Position numbers and translations under genes: made by a program. The notes under the pieces were generated by a model that saw only the letters and a program-made list of their open reading frames with translations, was not told where the DNA came from and ran no database searches. Below are positions 12,195-23,552 of a stretch of DNA of 64,000 nucleotides, piece after piece. The stretch comes from Haliotis rubra. Its lineage: Eukaryota. The stretch's first letter is position 1. Every line of letters starts with the position of its first letter. Location: the NCBI RefSeq assembly GCF_003918875.1, contig NW_025767298.1, forward strand, positions 558,001-622,000, written 5' to 3'.

Positions 12195-15100
12195 GAATGG
12201 TTGAAATAATTTTTCAACTCAACCTGACAGCCGGGCTGGTGGCCCATAAATGTTGCCTGCCCAACTTGAAAGTTGCCTGCCCACTTTTTAATTTACATTT
12301 TGCAATAACTGACAAAACAAACACATATCATTCATAAATCAAATTTGTATTGATTAGGCAACATATTATGAGTGAGTGAGTTCATTTTTATTCCACACTC
12401 AGCAATATTCCAACTATATGGAGGCGGTCTGTAAATAATCGAGCCTGGAAAGCAACTTATTATGAACAATAACTTAATGAACCATTAAATATTTACAACC
12501 TGTGCACTGTGTGCTTATACAACTTTGAGCTAGATATCAATGTCACAGTCAGAGTAGTCACTCGAGACAACAGATTCTTCAGAATCATAACAACTATCAT
12601 CAGAACTGTCAGAGTCCTCTACTGTTGCCTTGAGAGCTGGATCTTGCAGTTCTGTTTCATTCTCAACATAAACAGTATCATTGTCATCTTTAGCTGTGAG
12701 AGTGGTGAGTTTTCTTTCTAGGTGTCGTGTTCTGCGAGGTTTTACTCGCAACCAATGATGGATGGCCTGAGTTGCATCGTAATCTTCCACCTCTTCAGAA
12801 TTTAGTTGGACTGTCAAGAGATTTGACACTGTGGAGCTGCTCAGTTTGTTTCTGATTTCCGTTTTGATAATTTTTAGCTGAGAAAATCCACGTTCACATT
12901 CTGCTGTGGAGCCAGGTAAAGTCAACAGAAGGTCAATCATGTGCAGACAATTCTTGTGTGTCTCTCCATAGGTTTCCCACACAACATTCCAGGACAGTTC
13001 TGAAGGCTTGTGACTGAAAATAACGATATCACATTTTATAACTGAATGAAGGTTATCATTTTACTTTAGGCAGACTATATTCAAAACCTTACTAACATAA
13101 ACATTTCTTCTTTACTTTCTTTAGTAATTCAACATAGCTGATGTTTATTTCCCATGTTAGTTACAAGCATCCATACTTGACAGTTCCCTTTTGAACATAC
13201 CTAAACTGTAGATATGAAATGCAATGTACATCACCAAGTGTATATAAGCCTTTGCATTCATAGAGTGAGTGATAACCCTGAATGATACTTTCCACAGCAT
13301 GCATCTTGTATTTGTCTATAGAGACTATAAAACACAAGTGCACTGTAATTGCTGATGTCTATACAATAAGAAGAAGATAAATCATGGCCTGCAATTGTTT
13401 TTCTTTACCTATTGTAGATCTTAGTTTTAGACTCATCCACTCCTGGTCAATCAGATCAAGCTCAATGTCAGTACGGTCGGTGAGGAACTCTCTGTAGTGG
13501 TCTGTGATGGCTGTAAGTTTGTCTGCTCCAAACTCTTTGAAAAAGATCACATTTGCAAAAATAAATGCCATATGGAGCATTTGTTGTTTCATGATTGCAA
13601 CTGACATGTTTCATGAATTGTATTATGAAATCATCATCTGTTAACATATTAATGACGTAAAATGCCTCACATACTAGAATGCCTCTCAAAAGTTCATCCA
13701 TGACATAAATACTCAATAAATTAGGAGTTTTGCATAATATACAACACACCTGAATCAAATGTATCTGGCCATGACTTCAAATCTGCAAGGGAGGATGCAG
13801 AAAGTAGAGAATCAGTTATGTCGGAGAAACGACTTGACATGGATATGATGACTTCATTGAGCACCTTTTTCAGAGTGGACGATGAAACAGCCTCTCCAGA
13901 CAGTGACTGGCCATGGAAAGTGTTCTTATTCTCTACTGCACGTAGATGAAATCCAGGTCTAAAATTAAACACAGTGCAAACTGTTAATAATGTAATATGC
14001 AAAATCAAAACATAGATGAATTTGCAATATTAAAAAATAAAACAAAAAAACTTTCTCAACAAAATGACTTACTTTTCTTTCATCTGTTCCAGAGTAGCAA
14101 TAGTAGCCTTTAACTGTTCGTGGCACTCATGGATGGTCACATCCTTTCGTTGTAGTTCTGCTGATAGTTTGCTCAATGTGTTCAGGACGTCATGAAGGAA
14201 ATGAGCATACACTATAAGTGATCTCTGTGTTAGGAGCTTGAAGAGGGACTTTGCTTTGATCTGAGCAGAACTGTCTGCACCACTGCCAGGCCCTGCTGTC
14301 TGTAACATGAACACTGAAATTAGTAACATTGGAACTTGATAATTTATAGCAGTAACTCAATATTGTGCAAGATGGTTTTAAACAGGTGAGCTGCTTGTTT
14401 AGTTTTGAATTTTAGTTTTTTTCGTTTAGTCAGTGCCGAACCGGCAAAGAAAAGTTTGATATTTTATTAATATCTTTAAAAGATGCCAGAGAAGTTTGAT
14501 GTTTCACAAATATCATTACTTATGTTACAGAAATATTACCTGGCCAGTATGGTGAACAAAAGCTTTATAGCCTTTCCACAACTGCTGCAGAGCTGTGACA
14601 GTATGCCCAACCCATCTGGTGCCCCAATCCTCGTAGGCATCACTGGTGCAACACCAAGTGATTCAAAAGATCCCTTTAGCATTGATCTGAATCAAAATTT
14701 TTATCATTAATAAAACACATAATAAGTTTGACAAATTCAAACAACAGTAAGCTCAACATCTAATTCTTTTATAACTGTCAAACACTGACTGTCACTGACA
14801 AGCAGAAAATTTAGAAAAAAGAACATTTGCCAAACTTATGCTCAAAGAAGCCATTATAATCTGATTGTATGATATTTTAAACAGTACTAAATTGATTGAA
14901 CTCAATACTGAAGCAAAACTAAAAAATAAACAAACCTTCAACCTTGAACTTGCAAGTAGCGCTAATGAAATTATGAAGTTTCATGGCTGTACAATTTACT
15001 GAAATTAAACAAAATAAAATTGGTGTACAAATTATAAATTACAAAAACAATTATAAAAAAGCAAAAGACAATAAAATTATGTACTTCATGAAACAGAAGT

Positions 15101-16865
15101 TTACAAAACTAAAAAAATTACATAGTCAAATTAAAAATTTATGAATAAATAAGGGTAAATTAAACCAACAATGAATGTGAAGAACTGAAGCCTTAATTCT
15201 TAACTGTCATTACAGTTTTAAAATGTGTATGCTAACTGCCAAGTCCTTCAGATTTTAATACCTTTCAGTTTGTTGGGTAAAATTAAACACCATGTTTTTA
15301 GTTATTTACAAGAGCAATTGAAACATTTAATTATAATAATCATTTTCACAAATTTGAATTACTTAAGCGGTATCTTATCTTTAATAACAAAAAAAGAAAG
15401 GATTGACATTAAAAAGTTAACTTACCTTTGGAGATAACCTTTGTAGAAAGAGTAGAGAAGATGAAGCATTTTCATAACGTCTGCATACTGTTTTGATGTT
15501 TTGAAAGCTGCCTTGAAGCACAATTCAATCTGTGGGCCATGCAGTGAATCATGACAATGGCAGAAGAAATGTTTTTCTGAAGATGGACGATGACACCATT
15601 CTTTTTCCCAGTGTTAACAGATGCACCATCACAACCAAAGGCAATCAGCCTATTCTTGACTGGAATATCTGTGAAAGTGTTCATTGCTTTGAGCAATGCT
15701 TGATAAATGCCAAGAGAATCTGCTCTTTTGACATGGATTAACTTGACGAAAAATACAAAGATTTTTCCTCTGATAGCACATCTGAGGTAGACAATTTCAT
15801 TTTCTTGTGTGCTAACATCTGTGGAGCCGTCACTCAATATTGAAAAGAAATTGGCATCTTTAATCTGTTGTTCAATTTTCAAATTCTCAGTTTCTGCAAT
15901 AGCTTGTGTAAACGAAGCAGCAGATTTATCTGATGCATATGCTTTACCAGTTTCAATTCCTTTTCTGGCATCAAGTTTTCGTTGCCAAACGTAATCCATA
16001 AATGGTCTTGAATTTTTAGCTAGGGCATGACAGTTGCTAAACAGTGTATTCAGGGTTTTGAAAGCTTTTGCATTCAGTTTTCCATCGATTGCTCCGCTGG
16101 AGATTCCCCGGGTCTCATTTCCTTCGCTTTGTGAAATTCCACGGCCCTAGTATGACCAAATGACAGATGATGGGTTTTTAAAGCATCGTGTTTCAAATTG
16201 AGACAACCAAGCACAAAAGGTCCACGTTTATATCTATCATAAGAGGAAGGAATCCTTGTTTGCGACAGCGGGCCGTAACACGATCTGCATACTTTACAAA
16301 ACAGAGATTGTTGGTCGGTTATCAACCAGGGAAATTCACCGCTCCACTTACTCTGGTATTTACGTGTTCGTTGGGTTGTTTCATACTCCTTACTCTTTTC
16401 TTTCTTCTCAATATCCTTTTCTTCTTGTGTTTTGGTATGAAAATCTTTACAATTAGTCAAAAAACTGAATATTTTGACTGCGACATCGTGGTCTCCCTCA
16501 CGCCGCCATTTTGTAACCAATACAAACGAGTAAGTAACGCTCTCTTTGATTGGTTCTTTTTTAACCATGTGCCTACTGATATCCAATCATAGCGTAGCTT
16601 ACTAAACCAGCCAGTTTTAGTGTCCTATTACTATCTTCACTGGCAGAAGAGTTGTCCATGTATACTCGTGGCTTCCATTCATCTTTCTTAAATCTAAATA
16701 TGACATGACAGTTAAAATGGAATGATCGTCCTGAGTGCGAACTGAAAATGTCAACCATAAAAATTCCAGCCAGACCATCGGGCTGGTGGAGAGAATTTCC
16801 AGGCAGCCCGACTCAACGTTTACCGGCCACGGGCAGTCGGGCAGGCCGTTATTTCGATGTGCATG
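12195..16865 (-). mobile_element. Intron-containing hAT transposon (ZNF862/DUF4371-like transposase), frameshifted
   Basis: TTF-type zinc finger (RKYQSKW..FPWL..LFCKVC), FFSILSDGSTD, FGCDGASVNTG..IHCMAHRL, TRW, and the dimerization motif LTLPGSTAECERGFS. About 6 GT-AG exons, with donors near 15425, 14539, 14072 and 13749. Frameshifts near 16075 and 15520. GGGC-rich subterminal motifs at both ends; TIRs match only weakly (GAAATAA). Confidence 0.85.
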
Positions 16866-17417
16866 CATGCTTAGCAGTTCTAGAATACTTTGAGATTGCT
16901 TAGCATCTATTTGGAAGTTGAGGGCACAAACTTGGCATCTTCGGAGACACTGTAAAATCGAGGTTACATCTTCTTACACTCTTTACAGTTAAAGTCTTTG
17001 GGTAGCTTCTCCAAGGACACTTTCTTTGAGCCTTAAACATAAGGTTGTGGAATTTATTTATTCGGTTGCCGTATAGCTATATGCTTCAGGTCATAAAATG
17101 TCCTCTATGTGATAAATGTGGAAAATTTGTTTTATTTTTATCGAATCAAAAACCGTTTTGTTCCATGGAATCTTTGCAGTTTTTGCTTTTGTTGCTTGTC
17201 AGTATTCCAACAAGCGCATAGCGAATCCAGTCTGGATGTATATGCCTGACGCGTGAGGGATCACTAGAGTGTTTCTCGAATATCGATATCATACTGAATA
17301 TTTCATAGGCAAAAGAAGTATAGCTACTGAAATTGGAAAGATCATAATGACTTGAAATACCCTGGTAGCCATAAAATAAATAATTCTGGGCTTGCTAAGA
17401 TATCTTTTGATAATCTG

Positions 17418-17525
17418 GGCCTAGATTGTTCGAAGCTCTCATAGCGCTAGGATAGTCGTAAGTGCCATACATTAACATTAAGTTACGATTATCTTAGCGC
17501 TAAGAGAGTTTCGAAAATCTAGGCC
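17418..17525. mobile_element. Palindromic ~108-bp MITE with a CTG target duplication (PIF/Harbinger-like)
   Basis: CTG|GGCCTAGATTGTTCGAAGCTCTCATAGCGCTAGGATAGTCGTAAG...TTACGATTATCTTAGCGCTAAGAGAGTTTCGAAAATCTAGGCC|CTG. A second copy lies at ~28107-28193. Confidence 0.8.
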
Positions 17526-18431
17526 CTGATACCTTGAGGGCAAAGACCAAACTGACGAAAAATATTATGGTTACATTTTCGCAATACTATCACTGCGTTC
17601 CAGGGTCGCGATCCACAAAGCGTTCGTAACTTCACGACCTAAAGTAACTCTGTACTACATCATTGGGTTATAAATGACAGTCATATTTCCATTCGACAAG
17701 GTTTCAAAAACCAAAGGCCCAGAAAAAACCATTCAAAACGTTTCATGGTAGAAATGTGGCTTTTAACTCCACCCCCGGTTTGCTCGAAGCACTTACAACT
17801 AAAAGGATTAAGGAACAGGTCGGTCTTTAGGCCTGATTTAAAGAGGGTTCCATAACACCAAATCACTTCACATTGTAGGGAAGTTCGATACTTTAGAACC
17901 ACATGATGAACCATAAAAACAGTCATCAGTGTGGATAAGGTGACGAAAACCAGACAATCCAGTGATCAACAGCATGATCGTAGACCTACGCAACTGGGAT
18001 ACGATGACATGTGTCAACCAAGTCAAAGAGCATGACCACCCGATTCCGTTAGTCGCCTCTTACGACAAGCATGGGTTACTGATGAGAAATTCTAACCCGG
18101 ATCTCCACGGGTTCCGAATGAGAATCTCTTCTGAGAATGACCATGATACATTTTACAGGCGAATGCAAGTTTGTCCATCCTGCGCTGTGAAACTGCTGAC
18201 CTTGAGGCTGCTATTCCACCATGACAAAGCAAGGAAACCAGGACGTTGATGAAACAAGTAAGTCGTGTCTCACAATGTTTTAGACGAGTGCTCAACGATG
18301 GGGATCCGGCATTAGAAACTCAACATCAAGGGTATATAGCCCTTTCCATCATCAAACGAAAAAAGACGTACCTAAATCATTGAATGGCCAGTTTGGAGTC
18401 AGCATAATGCGTCCACACACATGCACCCACA

Positions 18432-18571
18432 CTCTCTCTCTCTCTCTCTTGCACGCACGCACACACACACACACACACACACACGCGCGCGCGCGCACTC
18501 AGATACGCAGACCAATACTCACACCCACACCCACACCCACACCCACACCCACACCCACACCCACACCCACA
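18432..18571. repeat. Compound microsatellite (CT)n-(CA)n-(CG)n ... (CACACC)n in intron 1 of paralog A
   Basis: Directly visible. Confidence 0.95.
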
Positions 18572-20429
18572 CTGATACAAGTACATGCACGTCGCATTAT
18601 ACATGAAAGAATCTTCCACGTCACGTTAAAAATCAGCTCGCCTATCCTCAGATTTGCACTGGCTTTACTATTTGATACATTACTTGCAATATCATCTAAC
18701 GCGAGTTAAGAAATTGATTATACAACTGGTTGAATATATCCAGAAACAAGAGAAACATGGGGACATCGAGTGGATGGCATCGTTACCCTGTTGGGCTACA
18801 GTGTTGGGGAGGGAACGCTTCTCAAGTTTCCCTACCTGTGCGCAAGAAACGGTGGAGGTACGTACACAGATTATGTACTGAAACGGGTTGCAAATGATAT
18901 GCGTGAATTGTTCATTCCCAAGATGAAACAATAGGTCAACTGGAAATCGGCCTGTAAACGAAATACTGTGAACCAATGAATATTAAAACTTTACAAATGT
19001 CACAAATTGATTTAATACAATAATCACGAAATTGCAATGGCGTTACAAATTAGAGTGTCAATAAACTATTAAAGCAGTGATAATAGCAATAAAGACAGTG
19101 ATGTAATATTCATCAACAGTCGTCAACCTTCCAAACTAGGTCCAGACTAAGTGTCTAGGGTGAAGAGTGATCTTCACACGACTGTTGGTCTTCTTGTATT
19201 ATAGGATGTAATGATAGACGTGATATATTAAGAATTAAATTAACTAAGTTTACAAATTAATGATCATTACACACTGTAACGGAATAACAATGACATTACA
19301 AAGTAGAGTGGCAATATAAAATTAAAGCAGTTATTGTGCCAATAAAGACAGTGAGGGTAATATTGAAGTCACTGCAACCATGGCCGAGCTTCCAACATAG
19401 GCCAAGGCGGAGTATCCAGGGTGAACAGTGATCTCCACACAACTGCTGGTCTTCTTGCAATGTGAGATGTAATGTGAGATGACTGAAGTAAGACTGACAC
19501 TTTGTATTGTTAAATACTTTCTCTAAGAATACACTTGGATATTCAGGAATAGGCCGAGGCATCGAACAGTGCCATCTAATGAACCATGAAATATAATTCA
19601 ACACGGTTAAACGTTCGCTGCCACATAGCATAATGCAATCTAAATATTCCACTCTGATCACATGATGGCACTTATTAAAACAAGGTAAAAACTAATAATC
19701 TCTGTTTATATAAGGCATGATCAAATATGGAACATAAACATCACCGTGTATGTGATCTTAAGACAGGTCTAGATAGGTCCAAGGTATATCGTATTAGTCA
19801 CTGCCTCTCTTACGATAATATAAAACATCAGTGCAAAATAACACCCAGTCTAAAATGAATGCCTGCTACACGAGAAAATAAGAATATGCAATATGTTCTC
19901 TTTACATAACTTCCTATAGTTGCCAGTTTATTAGTTATGCCTGCTGCAAGAAAAACAAAATGCTTGTCACAAATTATATTTTGACAATACCCTTCATTGC
20001 ACATTAACTTTAAAAAAAAGAAATATCCGAAATGTGATGGCGCATAGTAACACAGTAGCAAAACCCATTTGTCTCAGAATTCTTCTTTCATCTCTGTTTT
20101 TTATTACTGTTTTCAGGAGCATTCCTGATCCCCTGGTGTTTGTTGGCCTCTGTGCTGTACCGCTGTACTTCCTGGAAGTGGTCATTGGCCAATACTACCA
20201 GAAGGGCCCTGTCGAGGTGTGGAAGTTTTGTCCTGCCATGAAAGGTACAATGCATGTAAATATATGTCAAGGGTTTAAGAAGAATTCAAAACTTGAAAAC
20301 CCTGTATGACAAATTGAAAACAAATTTTAAAGACATCATATTTCAGAAAGTTAAATAAATGCTTATTATTGCTCATGTTTTGTTTGTGCAAGTAACATCT
20401 GCAAACACATATATCTCTAATGTTTAGGA

Positions 20430-20985
20430 TTAGTGATTGATCATTAAAAGTTTAATAGGCTTTCGGGCAACTAAGCCCATTTATACCTTGCCGATCATAA
20501 AGGATTGCTTAGATTCTAAAAAAACCATAAAGGAGCAAAGCTGCCACATATGAACGCTTAAATGTATGCAAGAATTTCACTCTGAACTTCATGGCGAGTG
20601 ATATTCCTTGAACATAATTGTTCAGCCAATGGGATGTCAATATTGAGAGCTGTAAGAGATTTAACCATTGCTCTACGTTGTTTAACATATTTATGGCAAT
20701 GCAGTAGACAAAGCGCCACATTATCTAGCTGATTACACACTGTACAAAGCGCAGACACATTTTTCTTGATAATATTGAGATAAGCACCAAGGCCACAATC
20801 CCCAAGACGAAGTCTGGTTAACAGAACCTCTTCTCTCCAATGGTTTCGAGATAATTGGAATTTAGCAACAAGAGACCCAATGCAGAGATGGGACGTTTCC
20901 CCAACATTTGCTGCAAACTTCAGGGATTTATGTTTGATTTTGCAGACTTTGTCCCAACATCTGTACTGAAAACATAGCATCACTA
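20430..20985 (-). mobile_element. LINE 3' fragment (I/R1-group C-terminal zinc-knuckle region)
   Basis: REEVLLTRLRLGDCGLGAYLNII..ALCTVCNQLDNV..LLHC..Y..QR. Confidence 0.7.
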
Positions 20986-23264
20986 ATCTACTCCTAAGCT
21001 AATGACTGAAACACATTTTTGAAATGGCAAGGTGTAACTGAATGTAACCAGAGTAAAATGGTTCGTGGATGCAATACACTTGTATTTAATTCCTTTTAAG
21101 TAAATACCCTTAAATGAAATAAACGCACGATACGTTTGTCTACTGTGACAAGGTCTTGGACTAGGGACGGCGTTGGTGTCGTGGGTGTACGCCATGTACA
21201 CGTCCATGTACTTCTCCTGGTACCTCTACTACTTCTTCAACTCCTTCTTCAACCCCCTGCCATGGTCCACGTGTGGCAACTACTGGAACACGCCCAGCTG
21301 TGTGGAGTCGACACTTTATGGACATGCTGGTATAAACACCACACTGAAAGGCACTGATCCACTCCAAGGCTTCATCAACGCTACACATTGGGATCACTTG
21401 AATGTGTCCACTGTGGACGTTGCTAGTGCTTCAGAAGAATTCTGGAGGCAAGTAATAACACTATGACCTTTAGAATACCTTAAGTATGTATAAGTAGAAA
21501 TTAAGATCATATTTTGGAGATAAACGACTGTGAACATTAGATTAATGTTAGATAGAATTGATGGTTGCTGTATTTCATTCAAAACGCGTAGCTATAATAA
21601 ATGATTAATTATTATTATTTCCATCACGTTGTGTTCATATCAGCCATACTGGTGGTCAAGCGGAAGCGGCAGTGTGATATATACCTGCGCAGTGAAGCAG
21701 TCATAAAATCAGAGGCATTTTGAAATCCAAGTCAATTATGTCCAATTTTATGTATAACAGAACAATGACGTTGCCTCAGGTTAATGGCCCTAAGGAGTAT
21801 CCAGTTTTACCCGATATTATTGGAACAAAAGATTTTTAACTGAAATGATACCAATTTCTGCAATCTTTGATCTCAACAAGAATTTCTTTCAGATATAATA
21901 CACTGGACATCTCGAATGGCCTGGATGATACTGGATCCATTCGGTGGCCATTGTTTGGGTGTCTGACCTTCACCTATGTCACCATGTACGTCATGCTGTT
22001 TAAAGGCATAAGAGTCACGGGCAAGGTAATGGCGAATATAGGCATAAGTCAGAGAATATAAGCAGACTTAAATATCTGACGAAACGGGTTATTTGGGGCG
22101 TAGAAGGCAAATTAACTGAGGGAATTATTTGTTTGCATAAATAGTTATGGGTCATGACTCCAAGTGTTCGCAAAAAGGATCCCTATGTGATGTCTTACCG
22201 GCAGAAACAACCACAGATAAAATGAACTTATAGATGGGTATATTCTGAACACAAAAGTGGTGTTCATTAGGCTAGGAGCATTCTTTGATATAACCAGATA
22301 CGTTGAGAGCAAGGCATATTCGTGGACATTGTTGAACGACCGATTCACAGTAACAAAGCCAATATGAAAAAAAATAAAAAAATGATGAAGCTTGTTCACA
22401 AATATAGTAATGTCGAATCACTGTGAGTCTGTTTGGAGCAGGTTTGAACAATATTGCACATAGGTCACACCGTGCCAGCTTTTGGAGAAAGTCTGGGTTA
22501 GAATTGATCTTCAGTAACCCATGCTTGTTGTAAGAGGAGACTAACGAGATCGGGTGGTCAGACCCGCTGACTTGGTTGACACATGTCATAGTATGCCAGT
22601 TGCGCAGATCGATGTTCATGCTGTTGATCACTGGATTGTCTGGTCCAGACTCGATTATTTACAGACCGCCTACATATAGCTGGAATATTGCTGATTTGGG
22701 CATAAAGCTAAACTCACTCACTCTAGCATGACTGCCCCGAAAATCGGAATTGGTACTGAAAGTAAATATCTAACAATAAAAGGGAAAACCTTTATCTATA
22801 TTTTAATGTTTCTGTGATAGCAGGTTAATCACTGGATTGTCTGGTCCAAATTCGAGTAATTACAGACCTCCGTCATATGCACGTAGCTAGATTACGGCCG
22901 GGTGCAACAACAAACAAATGAAACATACAGGACCAGTTTCCAGTCAGCGTATCCTGTGGGAATACTGGTTTTACTAACAAACGATATGACACCATTTCCA
23001 GATCGTGTACGTCACCTTCATGTGCCCGGTGCTGGTGTGTGCGGTCTTCCTCATACGGGGCTCCTTGTTGCCAGGGGCGACAGATGGACTGTTTTATCTG
23101 ATAAGACCAGACTTTGAGAAGTTGAAAAGACCCAACGTGAGTGTCAAGTCAGGTCGACAAATCAGCTGCTAAATCATAAATGGTTCATTATTATATTAGT
23201 GAATCGATCAACACATGACTCATCCATGTTACTGAGCGTGACCATCCTATTAGTCATTGGTACC

Positions 23265-23552
23265 ATGGGGTAGCCTAGTGAATAAAGCGTTCGCGTATCA
23301 TGCCGAACACCCGACTTCGATTCTCCGCATGGGTACAGTGTCATAAGCCCATTTCTGGTGTCCCCCGCCATGATAGGGCTTGTATGAACAAAAGTGCTAT
23401 TCTTGAGTATATGTTATAAGATCTTAGCTTCATCTTAGTTAGGTTCACCCGGGTTCGATTCCCCACATGGGTACAATATGTGAAGCCCATTTCTAGCGTC
23501 CCCCGCCGTGATATTGCTGGAATATTGCTGAAACTAAAATTCACTCATTCAC
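23265..23552 (+). mobile_element. Short tRNA-headed SINE, two adjacent partial copies (others at ~31700, 34030, 41060, 41455, 42045)
   Basis: ggtagcctagtg (A box)..gggttcgattcccc (B box)acatgggtacaat.tgtgaagcccatttct..ccccgccgtgatattgctggaatattgct..(ctca)n. Confidence 0.85.

Noticed and set aside
18377-18709. TP-repeat, HT-repeat and CG-repeat (metallothionein-like) ORFs
   Set aside because: Translations of an intronic microsatellite.
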